Below, piece by piece: positions 12,701 through 26,399 of a DNA stretch of 64,000 nt. The notes beneath the pieces were generated by a model. It searched no databases. It had not been told where the DNA came from and worked only from the letters and a program-made list of their open reading frames with translations. Position 1 is the stretch's first letter. Each line of letters opens with the position of its first letter. Made by a program: the position numbers and the translations under genes. This DNA comes from Camelus dromedarius (Eukaryota): assembly GCF_036321535.1 (NCBI RefSeq), contig NC_087437.1, positions 115,260,001 to 115,324,000 on the forward strand, read 5' to 3'.

Positions 12701-14889
12701 GATGAATTTTAAAAGGCAGCACACCCTTTAAAACTCCAGCCAAGCTGAGAAATAGATTACCACCATCCCAGAGGCCTTCTAACGCCACCTTCCCAGTTAC
12801 CACACTCACTCTCTTCCCCAAGGATAAACACTATTGGGACTTCAAGTACTGTAGATTTGTTTTGCCCAGTTTTGAACTTTATATATGGAATCATACAGCA
12901 TGTCCTCATTTGTGTCTGGTTTCTTTTACTCCACATTGCATACGTAAGTCATTGATTATTCTATGCTATGCTGTTGCAGGAATATATCACTGCTTATTTA
13001 TCCATTCTGTTGCTGAAGGATGTTTGGATTGCTGCTAGTTTTTTGGCTATAATGAGTAATGCAGCTATGTACATTTTTGTAAATGACTTTTGTGCACATA
13101 CGTGTACATATCCGTTACGTAGGTATCTAGGAATGGTGGCTGGGTCATAGGGTATGTGTATGGTTAGCTTGAGTATAAATCATTTTTACTTTGCTAAAAT
13201 CTACAAAGCCATTTGAAGTGATTTAAGAGTAAACATACCTAAATGCAGAAATTCCCTAAATATAAACATACATTCATTCTTCTTTAGAGCTGACCTGAGC
13301 AAACACTGTCATAGGCAGGACAATTGAATATCAGTCACGGAGTTACTGGAGTGTGATCTCTCACAAACATAACGTCTGAAGGCACCGTCTCCTGTGGGTT
13401 TCGGCCCTGGGGAAATGAGGCCAATGTGACTTCCTGGCATTCCTGCAAGCTCCAGGGTGCGGTCTGGATGAGCATGCTTCGTATCCTGCCTTAGCTTTGA
13501 TGTGAAAGAAAGCACTAAGTTTGTTTAATTTCCCCCTCTGGTCTGAAAATCAATTTATTTTTCTGGGTTTTAAAAAGTCCAAGGTAATTATTAGCACACA
13601 GTTGGGCTGAGTCCTTCAGATCTTAATGGGCCCTCGATTCTTTTCTGGAGCTCTGTGACCCTGGCTCCCAGGAGGTTCTAGGCTCTGGCCTGTAACCAGT
13701 TCTTCCAGTGTGGCTGTGGGCTCATAAACCAGCCCATGTCACAGCCCATCCTTGACCTATCACCTTGATTTTTGAGGTCCAGCCAGGGAACCCTGGCTCA
13801 ACCCACGGTGGTCTCAGTAGGTTGATTCCATGGCACAGGTAAATCTTAGAAATCCAGGGGTCTGCCATCAATGAACAGAATGTCTCAGGGAGCATCCACA
13901 TCAGTTTCTCTGGACTGGGTATCCACCTGGGTCTGCAGAAAACTTTCTATGGAAACAGGGGATGCCCTGCTTGCTGCCTGCCCTTGGGAAGTGGAGAGGC
14001 TCACGAGAATTACCAGGCCTCCGGGGGATTTTACACCCTAATGGATCAGGCTGTAGGGTTGTCTCAGGTTTGTTTTCTTTCAGACTTTTTTATTTGGATT
14101 CCTTCTGTTGTTGCTGCATCTTTCCAAGTCTCTGTTACTACTTTGTCAGAACACAGAAGGAGCAGCTTCATGAATAGGGCCCATTATGTCTTTGTGTTTA
14201 GATGGTACGTGGTGACTATATTTTTAATTTCTTTTCTACCAGACATTCATGTCCCGAGAGCGGCTGTGATCCTAGCTTTCAGCATTGAGAAGTTACCATA
14301 TGCTCTTAACAATTTGCCTTTTTTTTTTTTTTTTTTGCTTTGCTTTAAAAATTGCCACAACTTTTGACATTCTTGTTTGCCAGGAATCATTTTCTCCAAG
14401 CTCAGATGGGCTTCTTGAATTTTGTCAAACTTTGCACGTTTTGATAAACTGTGGCCACATTCTAAAATTCTACCAGGATATGTTTTGCTTTGGCCAAAGA
14501 AAAGGATTCTGGCCCAACATTAGATGTCCTATGTGTATTCCTCTTCTAACTGTTGAATCCTGAATAGAAGCAAATGGCACTTGTTTCCTTGTTTAAATGA
14601 ATTGCTCAAACCATTAATTTTCTCCCTCTTCTATTGGCTCTGCTGCTAACTCTTTTAAATAAAATAAAATAGGAGCTGAATGGAAGATTTCCTTAATCAA
14701 CCAGGACAATGAGCACAATTATTTTCTGCATGCAAGGGAAGGCCACATCCCGATAACGGTTTCATTCGTCAGTTATTTTAATTCCCAAAGTACTCTTCAG
14801 TATGGTCTGATCTTTGCCCAGCACATCACTTCAGAAAAGGGTCTTTTTTGTCTTTATCTCATACGTTCAACAAAATATTTAGATTAAAA

Positions 14890-14982
14890 TTTTTTTTTTC
14901 TAAATGGAGGTACTGGGAATTAAACCCAGGACCTCATGCATGCTAAGCATGTGCTCTACCACTAAGCTATACCCACTTCCCC
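14890..14982 (-). mobile_element. Vic-1-like SINE (short tail)
   Basis: atggaggtactgggaattaaacccaggacc...ctaagctatacccacttcccc. Confidence 0.85.
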
Positions 14983-15649
14983 AACAGAACAGTTAAAATG
15001 TGACAAGAAGTTAACTTTAACTATTGTAAATGTAACATGAAGAGTTTCAAAATAGCTTCTAAATAGTCCCCAGGAATCAGGGCTATGTCTTTTCTAGATC
15101 ACAGTCTGCCCCAGTTGTTATCTGGAGTGCATTCCCTTCAAAATTCAGGTCCAAAGAAAAGAACATTGTTTTGTATCAGTCAAAGCAGACTTAATTTCAT
15201 TCTGTTGGTAGTGATATCCAAGTTCACATCATTTTTTGCATTTGCAACTTCTCCAGAAAGGACAGAAATTCAACTGTCATTTTGACATCAGTGTGTGACG
15301 GATGTCTCTTTTGTCCTATAGCAGACACCACTGGCGGAATATTATTTCCCTCTACTTTGGGGACCACTCCCCAGTTCACAAGGGAAGCCAACTAGGAACA
15401 TGGCTGAGCCTACAACATGAGCATTTAGAGCCGCGGTAGACATGAATGACCACATGGACAGGGGAGGGGAGAAGGATGATCTGCAGAGACACGAAATGAA
15501 CCAGACGTGGTTGGAGGAAATGAGATAGCGGCTGGGAGTCCTGTTGGTTGGCTAATTCTTGGTTCCATTGCTTTCCTGATACCCGGCTGCATTCCTACCC
15601 TGAGCAGCACGAGAAATTCCTGCGTCTTTTCAAGAACAACAACAATAAT

Positions 15650-15870
15650 ACTTTATAATGATAATTGTATAACACCTATTGAATCCTTATTATGTGCCAG
15701 GGGCTGTTTTAAGTATTTCATTCATTTCATTCTCACAAGGACCCTATGAGGTAGCAATCATTATTACCTCTGTTTGACAGCTGAGGAAACTGAAATGTGA
15801 GCAATTAATAACTTGCCCAGCTCCCATAGGGGACACTTGGGGGCCAGCATCCGAGGCCGGGGCTCTGCTG
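15650..15870. mobile_element. MIR fragment
   Basis: tatgtgccagg...ctgaggaaactga...taacttgccca MIR core. Confidence 0.7.
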
Positions 15871-16329
15871 GTGGCATTCAGGAGAGATGGCCCTGCCAGA
15901 GAATGCTGAAGGAGTGGCAGGGACCCCACAGCCATGGATTAGCTTGAGGGGGGAACCCCAAAGGTGAAACAGAGCGTGTCCTTTGGCCTCCAGGTGAACG
16001 AGTGTTTCCCCAGTAAGCTTTAGCCTCACTGTTCTCTCCCATTGTCCAGACATCAATGGGGAGGAAACGAAAGATGGGGAGCCAGTTTAATAAGTTTAAT
16101 AATTTAATGTTTGCTTATCAAATAAGTCTAAGTAAATTCCTAAAAAGAAAATTACACGATTTAAGCATACCTTTATTTATTTATTTACTTTTTAGAATTA
16201 AAAGTAAACTTTTATTGTTGTAGCATAAGGATATATAGCTTATTTCTTGGCAGCAACAATGGAAAAGAGATGGCAGATTCAGATAAATGTGCCTTTACTT
16301 AGTTTGTATACACCTGTGGGTGTAGTGAT

Positions 16330-16503
16330 TTTTTTTCTTTTAATTAAAGTACAGTCAGTTTACAATGTTGTATTAATTTCTGGTGTACAGCATAATGTTT
16401 GAATCATACATATAAGTACACATATTCATTTTCATAGTCTTTTTCATTATAGGTTACTATAAGATATTGAATATAGTTCCCTGATATTGAATAAAGTTCC
16501 CTG
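16330..16503 (-). mobile_element. Short L1 3'-end fragment with a 20-bp tandem duplication at its 5' junction
   Basis: Same family as 1266 and 5510; atattgaata(t/a)agttccctg twice at 16464-16503. Confidence 0.8.
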
Positions 16504-18997
16504 TAATTTTATAACTGTGGTTTCTGTATTCTCTTTTGTAAAAATGAGCGCTGTAATTGAGACCTATTGAACAGGACGGTCTATAAGTCCTCAGTAACGT
16601 GCATGTCTCTAATCAGAGCACTGGATGTCTTCTCTTTACATTCTGCTACTTCAGCAGGCAAGCGTTTGATAGGTCCCTTTCACTGAGGCTGAAAGTCTCT
16701 ATATATTATAGACAGTTGCTGCAAATTGTTTATAAACAATGGCTTAGGCAGGTTTAAAATTTGAACCAGCCCCATGATCATTTTCATTCTTGCAAAATTA
16801 CTTGGTAATTGAAGGGATTTTTCTAAATGAGTTTGAAAGTTTAAGCCATGCCATACAAAAAAGTGAATTCTGTCTCCTGGGTTTGCCAGGAAGCTCTTCA
16901 GAGAAGTTTGCTTATTAAATAAGTCTAAGTAAATTCCTGTCAGCTAGCCAAGCCACACTTTGTAATCTCTTTGAATTTATTTCTTTATTCTGAAATCACT
17001 TTGGTAAATAATTAAAGCTTAAAATGCATATTAAATAAATGACTAGGCTATCAATATATGCTGGTGGCCAGTGAACAGTCACAGCTTTGCAGGCAGGAGA
17101 GCAAAACTGAGGCTACCTTCCCAGCAATTTGGCAAAACGTGGATAATAAGAGCTTTTTAGAAATTTTATACCCCTTACTCTTTTATAAATATTTTCTGAG
17201 GGTATAATCAGAGATAAGGACAAATATGTTAATATAAGGATATTTATTTATAAAAATGAAAACTTAGAATCATCTTAAAAGTCCAATAATATGAAATTTA
17301 TGAAATAAATTATGGTGCATCCATATGACAAAATATTATGCTATTTATATTGTTATTATGTTAAATGCTCACAGTGTTATTTGAAAAATGAGGCAAAATT
17401 ACATTCACAGTGTGATTTTTTTGTAGTTGTTGTTAAACACACACATATACACATCCTTAGTTAGAAAGACTTATATAAGAACATTAAGCATAATTATCTT
17501 TGGGTGATGGATTATGAGCGATTTAAAATTTTTTCTATAGTTTTAAAATTCTCTACAACACATATGTATTGCTTTAAAAACAAATAATACTTTTTAAAAA
17601 CAACAATGAAAATATTTGACATCAGTCATTAGATGCCATTCCATATCCATTACTTGCGTAGATGAAAAATTCTATAATTATGAAATAACCTTAGCCAAAA
17701 TCTTAGACTTTAATCAAGGGTATTTCTGACATAGTCTATTGATACATAGAACAGTGTGACTCATGGGCTCCTTAGTACATTTCAATCATGTATGTTATTT
17801 GGCTCGTACCTTTTTTGTGATTCATCCAAAACGAGAAATCTGATTTAGCCCAATGCACTGCCACTAATCTTATTGGTGACAAGAAGCTCCTGATAAGGAT
17901 GGGTTGGAGAGGTGAAAATGAGGGCAAGTTTGGGGATTTAACTTCACTGAGACCATTGTCTTTGAGGGATTGGATATCTGATCTGATTTCGTTTACTTCA
18001 GATCTTTGAACAAATCGTTACACAGGGATGTTGGGGAGGGAAGGAGTTAAGTCTAGAAGCAATGCTTGATTTAGGATTTGTTTTGGAATCACTTATCTCT
18101 TGGGTTGTTGACAACAATAAACATTTTCTAAATACCTAGAGGAATGAAAGTAGATTGTCTTCCAGTAAGAAAGTGGCAGACGAAACTTGGTTATTTTTCT
18201 GTATTCATTCAGGTGAATATTTGAGCAAAAAACCCATCTCAAAACAAAACAAAACAGATAAAAGTTACCTTTCAAATTAGTCCTGCATCTGTACCCGGTG
18301 TGTGGCCCTCTGTAACTTCTAAGATGACCTATGAAAGATATTTATTTTGTAAAATAAAGTTCAAAAAGGCAAAGATATCATCAACTTAGACCAAACATTC
18401 AATAGCCCCTGCAAATGGATTGTCATTAGGCACTGACATACACTCCTTATTTTGGCCAGGAAGGGGTAGAGTTATTCTCAAGGTTAAGTAAAGGTCATCA
18501 CTCTCTGCCAACTGCCACTCAGTGGTGATGGAAAAGCTAAGGTTGGAGTTGGGTGCCTGGAAATTTCACTTAAGAAACAAATGGCCCCAGCCTGTCTGTT
18601 CACTCAGGTCACTTCTGTTAGTTTTCCCATAATTGTACGAGATCAGTAGTCAAGTGAAACGACAGATTCCTCGCTGATAGAATCTCTGTCCTGGGTTGAC
18701 ATTCTTTAATTTGTGTGCCTTCATGGTCAGAGGCCATTATTTCTAATTGCTTTCATCCTGCAGCAGTCCATCTATCTTTCACACACATTAAATTTAATCT
18801 TCACATTCGATGATGACCAGGAATTTGGTCTGAAGTAGCTACCAGACTTGGTTCACAAACTTTAGTAACTTCAGAAAAAAAAAATCTTAAAAGGCTTATC
18901 AAAATTTGAGAGTAGAAAACAAATCACAAGGGCTTTCTCATAATTTAAGGTCGTTACAAGATTTCAGTGTTCATAATTCTAAACATTTAGATTCTTG

Positions 18998-19123
18998 TGG
19001 GGAAGGTAGAGTGTGTGCTTATCATGAAGGAGGTCCTGGGTTCAATCCCCAGTGCCTCCATTAAAAAAAAATGATAAAAATAAATAAATAAGCCTAATTA
19101 CCCCCCCAAAAAACAAACAAAAA
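18998..19123 (+). mobile_element. Vic-1-like SINE with the A-box deleted
   Basis: ggggaaggtagag lacks tagctcagt; B-box intact; TSD atttag(a/g)ttctt. Confidence 0.82.
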
Positions 19124-20164
19124 ATTTAGGTTCTTAAATGATTTGACTCCTTAAAATATGTAACAAAATTTACATCTCTCTCATTGCACCTTCAGAACAA
19201 TTTAATTATAACACTTCTGATGATTCCAGATAGGAACCTCTAAAGTTTTTCATTTAACAACCCTATACTTAGCTCCTTTGTGCTAGAAACTAAAGACCCA
19301 AGATGGATCAGACAAGTTCCCTCAAAGAAAAATAAAAACAATGAAGTATGTGTGGGGACCAGTGTGTCTAGCATAGAGGACATCCAGAGGGGGATGGAAG
19401 CACATCTGGGGTGCGGCTGGGGACCTGCAGTGAGAACAGCGGGCCAGGCTGTGTGAAGTCAAGGGGTTTCACCCACTCCACCTGATTCAACCCTCAGGAT
19501 TACCCTGAGGCGGGTCTATTCATCTAACAGTGAGGAAACAGGTTTAGGGAGTGAACACTCCAAGGCCTCCCACACCACAACTTCATGCTTGGAGGTGAAG
19601 CCAGGACTTGAGAACTGGTGTCCAGATCAGCTCTGATCCAAAGCTTAAAGGCTTAACCATGCAGGCTCTGTTCCCAAGGAGAGAAGGTCGGAAAGGGCCC
19701 CTGTGAGGGAGGTAGTCCAGCCAAGCAGGGGCAACAGGGGAGCAGGTGAGGGCCAGGGGAGAGAGGTCAGGCGGGGGAAGGCAGAGTGATTTGCATGTAT
19801 AAGCATGTTGGTCTCTCTTTGTTTCACAATTTATTATTGGGATTTATTATTGAACACAGTCCAACTCTGGCCCTGGGTGCCCCTGGGAAAGGGGTATTCA
19901 GTGGCACAACTTTGCTGTCGAGGACGCAGGGTTTCCTTCCTTGTGCTGTGTCGTCCTTAGCTTTGGCCTTCATCCTCAGGCTTGAGGAAATACTTCTTTT
20001 TTATTATTTTTTAAGATAAAAACTTTTTCCCCGCAGAGGCTGTACCATTTTACATTCCTGCTAGCAATGTGCAAAATGTGCAGCATTCTTTTTCATACTC
20101 TTTTCCATTATGGTTTATTACAGGATATTGAGATAAATTTTAAGTCACACTTTAATACATAATG

Positions 20165-20940
20165 ATTGGAATAGGGTGAATAATGGCCCCCAAGGATATC
20201 AGGTCCTAATCCCTAGAATCTTTAAATGCCAACCTATAAGGGAAGAGAGTCTTTGAAGAGTTGATTAAGTTAAGGATCTGATGATCCCTCATTAACTAGG
20301 CAGGCTCAAATCCAATCACAAGTGTCCTTATAGGAGAGGGGCCCAGGGAGATGTGACAGAAGAGAAGGCCAAGTGTCTTTGTTCAGGCTGAGAATAAGTA
20401 AGTAAGAAAGTAAGTAAGTAAATAAATAAATAAAACATTTCTCACAGTTCTGGAGGCTGGGAAGTCCAAGATCAAGGCAAGGGCACATCTGGTGTTTGGG
20501 GAGATCTCTCTTCCCGGTTTATAGACAGCCGTCTTCTTGCTGGGTCTTCACAGGGTGGAAGGGGTGAGAAAGCTCTCTGGGTCTATTTACAAGGGCACGA
20601 ATCCCATTCATTATGGCTCCACCCTCATGACCTAATCACCCCCAGGTCCTATCTCCTAAAACTCTTACGTTGAGAGGTGCAGATTTCAACATATGAATTC
20701 TGGCGGACACAAGCACTCAGTCTGTAACACCACGTGACCATTGAGGCAGCGATTAGAGAGACTTGGTCACGAGCCCAGGGATGTGTAGAGCCTCAGGAGG
20801 GAGCTCAGCCCTGCTGACACCTCAGATTTAGCCCAGTGGAACTGCTTTCAGACTTCTGACCTCCAGAACTATGAAAGAGTACATTTCTGCTGACTTAGGA
20901 CACAAAGTCTGAGATAACTGTGATGGCAGCCACTAATACA
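20165..20940. mobile_element. MaLR (MLT1-type) solo LTR with a second MaLR LTR nested in opposite orientation (~20430-20730)
   Basis: gaataatggccccca...gacttctgacctccagaactatga...gcagccactaataca; inner tttctcacagttctggaggctgggaagtccaagatcaagg. Confidence 0.75.
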
Positions 20941-21327
20941 GTGATGCATAGAACTGGTGGAGGTGAGCCCAGGTCCCCGGCAGTGAATGCCAGGAGGAAA
21001 ATCAAGAGACAGAATCATGACTAGCACTGCAGAAGCGCCCACTGTGTGCCAAGCATGGCCTTAAGTGCTTTATTTACTTCCTGTTTCCCTAGAGCTTATA
21101 AAATGGGTGTTGTTTTACAGTAGAAGACACTGAGGCTTTGAGGTCAAGTAACAGGTGCGGGGGCACTCTGGTTGGAAATAGCAGAGCTGGGATTTGAACT
21201 CAGGGCTGATCGATGCCCATTTATTTTTTTTTTTAACTTTGCTCCTTGGAAGTTGGCCATTTGAATGTATGGTGAGTCCCGTTTATATATGATGTTGAAC
21301 TTTATTAGTATTTAGATTTACAAATCA

Positions 21328-21433
21328 AGGGAGGAGTGTGTAGCTCAGTGGTAGAATGCATACTTAGCATGTACAAGGTCCTGGGATCAATCCCCAGTAC
21401 CTCCATCAAAAATAAATAAATAAAATAGGTAAA
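21328..21433 (+). mobile_element. Vic-1-like SINE
   Basis: gtagctcagtggtagaatgc...gggatcaatcccc; perfect 13-bp TSD TAGATTTACAAAT at 21313-21325 and 21434-21446. Confidence 0.92.
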
Positions 21434-22825
21434 TAGATTTACAAATTAAAACTACACAGTATTTCTTTACTTTCTATGTTAACAAAAGTGGGACAGGCAG
21501 TGATTCCTGAGCCACGTTCAGGCACCTGGCTCATTTTTCCTGCTATCAATTCAGCCAAAAAAAAACATACAGAGTTTTTCCTTTGCAGCCCAGGAAGAAC
21601 AGAACAGCTCAGGGTGGAGATTTCCTTTGGTGGGGGTGGCACGTGTGTGCACCTGGAGGAGGTAGTGCGGTGGGAGGACAGAAGTTGTCACAGAGAGAGA
21701 AGAGAATTTGTAGCCTGGAGACCGTCCCTACCCAGACTTTTCATTTCAGAGGTCCACTCTCTCTCTACACTTGGTCTATGGTCCATTCCCATCACCCTCC
21801 AAGGATGCCTGTTAAATCTGCAGATTCCAAGGACTTCCAGACTCACTGGAGCTGGGAATCTGCATTTTAGCCCCTCAGTTTTCCAGGGCCACTTCAAAGG
21901 TTGATAATAGTGTCCACACGCCCATTCTGGCAATTAGCAGGGCTATCCCAGAGGGTAAAGGCGACATCTCTGTGCCTAGACCCCGAAGGGAAAGGTATGG
22001 GCAGGCTCAGATTTGGCTATGATGGACAACCCAAAATAACAGCAGCTGAAACAAGACAGAGGGAAGTCTCCGCACGTCCAAGTCCAGGGGCAGGCCACCC
22101 AGGGCTGGCGTGGTGGCAGGATTCGGACTCTTTCTACCTTTTTGTTCTGCTGCTGTGTGGCTTCTATTCCTCGTGTCACTTCACGATCCAAGGGGACATC
22201 TTGATTTCCAGTCATTAAATCCATGTTCCAGAGAGCTGGAAGGAGGAGGGATGAAGGGACACTCCTCCTTTGAAAGGCACTTTGCAAAAACTACACCCCC
22301 TCCTTCCCCTTCCATGGGAGGTCACACTGCCTTGTGGCGTAGGGGAAGGGGCTTTATTCCAGGTTACCACGTGGGAACCATTTCAAAGGAAGCTGGGGGA
22401 GGTCGAAACTCCTGCCACAGAGGGGGTAATGCCTGCATGTGTGTTGAGACAGGGAGAGGAATGGAGGTCCGAGAGCTGGTGTGCAGCATTCAGGGTGGTC
22501 ACCTGAGGCGTGTGGACACTGAACACAAACCACATGAGCCTGGTGTCGTCTGTGGGGGGACGAGGGAGAGGGTGGAATGATGGTGGGGAGGGCAAACACT
22601 GTGGGCTAAAAGCCAGTATTTTTTCCCATTTTCTTGGATAGAATAAGCACAAACACCGAGGAAGGGTGAGGAAGGCCCTCAATAAATGATTAGGAAATTC
22701 CTGTTGACGAAGGACAGTGGGAAATGAAAACATCCTTAGTCAGATTTGGAAAAATGGAACACTGTCACATTTCACATACTCCCAATGTGAGGAACCAATA
22801 GGAAATCCACAGATTCATGAAACTT

Positions 22826-23205
22826 ATTATGAGAATTGGCTCATGTGATTATAGGGCTGAGATGTGAAGAGGGAGAGGGGAGAGGGAGAGGGGACAGAGG
22901 GACAGAGGGAGAGAGAAGGTGTGGGTATAGCTCGGTGGTAGAGCGCCTGCTTGGCATGTGAAGGGTCCTGGGTGCAATCTCCAGTACCTCCATTAGGAAA
23001 AAAGGAAGAGAGAGAGAGAAATTTACCCTCAGTGGATTGGATGACGCCCACCCACACTGGGGATGGTAGATCTTTATTCAGTCTTCTGATTCAAATGCTA
23101 ATCTTTTCCAGAAACATCCTCACAGAAACACCACAAAATCATGTTTTACCAGCTGTCTGGGCATCCCTGAGCCCAGCCAAGTTGACACAGACGATTAACC
23201 ATCAC
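22826..23205. mobile_element. MLT2-like (ERVL) LTR fragment containing a Vic-1-like SINE (~22918-23010)
   Basis: gagaattggctcatgtgattat...ggattggatgacgcccacccacactgg...aagttgacacagacgattaaccatcaca. Confidence 0.75.
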
Positions 23206-25621
23206 ACTAGTATAAGGGTAGTACCCAATGTTAGTGAGTTACAGAGAGTGTGTAAATTCATAGGCCTTTTTTGGAGATCAGTCTGGAATTTTATACCAAG
23301 TGTCTTAAAAGTGTTCAAGCCCTTTGACTCTGATAATTCCAGGGTAAGGAGGCTAGCCCAGGAACACAATTCCACAGAGGTGTGTGCGGTACGATTATTA
23401 TTTTTATAGGGAAAACCAGGAGACAACCTAAGTGGCCAGTGTAGGGAGCCATGGTCCTTCTCCTCATCTCTACCTCAGTGACAGAGACACTTCTGCCTTC
23501 CTGGGGAAGACACTTCTGCCATTCTCTCTATCCCCTATTCCTTACCCTCTTGGGGGCAGGTGCTGCTTAGCTGATGGGTGGAAACGGGCAAAGGTGACTG
23601 ACTGCACACGAGCTGCCTGCTATCTGCTCGGACCTCGCAGGTGGCAGCCCACCACTGTCTCATGCACGAGTCTCTAGATCTGCAGGCCCGGCCCCCCTCA
23701 CATCAGATTTAGGGGAGAAAGCCTGGCTTGGGCTTCAGGTTTATAAATTGGATACCGTACTTTAATTCCTGTCAGGTGCTTGTCCTTCACGGAAGGGCGG
23801 CGAAGAGTGATTGTGCTTAGAGCACGCCACACCACGGAGCATCACTGAGAACAGTGAAAAGAGGTGGTGCTGGAAGCCAAGGTGTCAGGGGGCAGGAGGG
23901 GCCACTGGAAGCAGCCACAGCAGCTGTCGCAGGCTGACTCACAGCTGCTTCTAATACGCTGGGGCTGCATAAACAGGCTTAGTAACGCAAGTGGGCCATT
24001 CTGGTGCAGCTGAAGTGTGAGTCACTGCGAGGCTGGCGTCATCCAGCCCTGGCCACGTGACCCCCCCCCCCCGTGACTGTCACCTACACAAGCAGTGCTT
24101 GGGCACTCTGGATTTGCAGAAATAGCCTGAGGAAGGTGTTGAGTTATCAGAGAGGTTTTTCCTCTATCATGCACTTGCGCAGGAAGTACAAGTATTTCCC
24201 ATTATGCCATCATTTCTGACTCCATGGCTCCTTTGGTTTCTGAGGTTTCCATCACCACTCTGGCACCCTGGGACATATGTAGTGACAAGGCCCAGAGTGG
24301 GAGAGAACATTCAGTCCTGGTTGCGAGTCCATACAGGTGACCCCTGAGACACCAGCTGTCCCTGTCTACATGGCCCCACTTGGGGGCAATCTCAAAGTGC
24401 TGTTCTTTGAAAAATTAACTTTTGTTGTGTTTTGAGTTAGACTGTCCTGATTAGAAAAGATGGGATAAGTAAGTTTCTGACCATTCCAAAGTAGTAAATG
24501 GTGCCACAGTTTACCTAATTGAGTTTCACACTGAGTAACTTGACTGCCCCAGCCTGCCCTGTAAGCTGGGAAGACAAATCAGGAACCGCTTCTTCCCCAC
24601 CTCCCTCTCCCCACCGTCAACTCGGTCTGGTCTGCGCTGCAGTGACAGATGCGGAGGGGCCGCACTGTCCAAGGTACTGGGCTCTGGGATAACCGCTGTG
24701 GCAGTTGATTTCGTTGGGTTTTCTAAGGCGTGGGGCTGGTAATATAATATTGTGTGTCCTACCAACTATTTGAAAAAGTCGGATATAGAAGAAATTTTTT
24801 GTTAGATCACTTTAAGGGGTGATACGTGTTTTAATGGAAGCCTAGGCAGCACGCACCTGACTGAGATCCTTCGGAATGAAACAGGGTAGATCAAGAAATG
24901 AGAGAGTGCAGAATTTTGGATTTGAATTCTGTTGAATTCTTTTCACCTCTAAAAAGTCATATTTGGACTTTTCTCACTGAAAATCTCATTCTTGGAGGAG
25001 GTTTTGTTAAAAGTGGAACATTTTTATATCACTTGACATTTTTCACTTGGAGTATTTTATGCTATGAGTTGGGCTTACTGCAAAACACAGTGTCTTTCAA
25101 ACATTTTTCTTAAATTATGACATGCAGCTGGGAAATGCACCACACATCTTGGCCCTGTAACTGTGGCAACATTTTTACAAAATACAAACCTGTCAGCGTG
25201 GGCCTGAAAGCAGAGCCTGTGACAAAGCCTGGTGTAGGCAGCTTGTCTGGAAAGTGACAGGAGGGAGGAGTGGGAGTAAGGGAGCAAAACAAAGATGAGC
25301 CAACACTGTTACTAAGCTCACCGTTGCCATGGTAACCACAGCTCGGGCTCAAGAGACCTGCCTGAAGCTCAGGAAAAGCAGCTCAGAACCAGTTCTCTGG
25401 GAGCTTAACGCCTGCCCAGGGGGCCCTTATGGGTGGGTGTTAACTCTCTCTGCTTCCAGGGTGCACTGCCAGGTGGCACGTGTGTGGACCCGGTCAAAGG
25501 AGTATCAGGGGCTGGAATAAGAGAAGGAACAGAGAGGATCTGCAGTGAACACAAAAGGTGTTCAATCAAGATATTTACCAAGTGCAAAGCACACAGCTTT
25601 ACTGTTTCTACTCTAGTATGT

Positions 25622-25657
25622 ACACACACACGTACACACACACACACACACACACAC
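25622..25657. repeat. Interrupted (CA)n microsatellite
   Basis: acacacacacgtacacacacacacacacacacacac. Confidence 0.95.
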
Positions 25658-25679
25658 TCTGTAGCTGAGGCTCACTAAC

Positions 25680-26133
25680 CAGTGGTCCTCAAAGTATAGT
25701 CTGGAGAACCTTTTCAGGGGGTCTGTCAGGTCATTTTCATAATAATATTAAGATGCTATTTGTCTTCGCACTCATTCTGTCACGAGTATGCAGTGGAGTC
25801 TTTCAGAGGCTATGCGGCCTGTAGTGTCAGAACAGATTGAATACAGACGCAGATAGGAACACCCAGCCGTCTTCCATTAAGCCAGACATTAACGAGATTT
25901 GCAAATATGTAAAACAATTCTACTTGTCTCATTAAATTTGTTCTAGAAGTTATTTTTCATAAAATGTTACTTAAATGTATGAAAGTATAATAGGTTTATT
26001 ATTTATAAACAAATATTTTAAAATTTTCTTTTTTAATTTCCAAATATAATCCACATACATAAAGAGTCTCTGAGGTTCTTACTCTGTGAGTAAAAAGGGG
26101 TCCTGAGATTTAAAAAAAAGGTGAGAATCTCTG
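25680..26133 (+). mobile_element. Internally deleted Charlie1-like hAT element
   Basis: cagtggtcctcaaagt left end and aaggggtcctgaga...tgagaatctctg right end form degenerate terminal inverted repeats. Confidence 0.75.
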
Positions 26134-26399
26134 TACTAAAGTGGTGATGACCTTCAAGAGAATTGCAGCCCACAGTCTGGGGGGAAGAGGACAGCTCCAT
26201 TAACCACCATTTTCTCTTCCAAAGTGAACAGCCACTCCCCGGGTTGACCACAGACTTAATTAAGTCCAATCAATGAAGGCAGAAGTTCCAATGCTGACTG
26301 CATGTTACAAGTGTTTTAAGAGTCTGAGAGACATTAAAAATTACCCCAGCCTGGGCCCCACTCCAGACCAATGAATCAATTTCTGGGCGTGGGACATAG

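Noticed and set aside
21328..21405. tRNA-like sequences with A and B boxes (also at 1470, 9908, 22918 and others)
   Set aside because: SINE heads with tails and TSDs, not tRNA genes
21476..23409. ORFs of 100-156 aa in the RIPPLY3-PIGP intergenic region
   Set aside because: They run through MER5, MaLR, MLT2 and SINE fragments; many start at non-ATG codons; no splice or domain support
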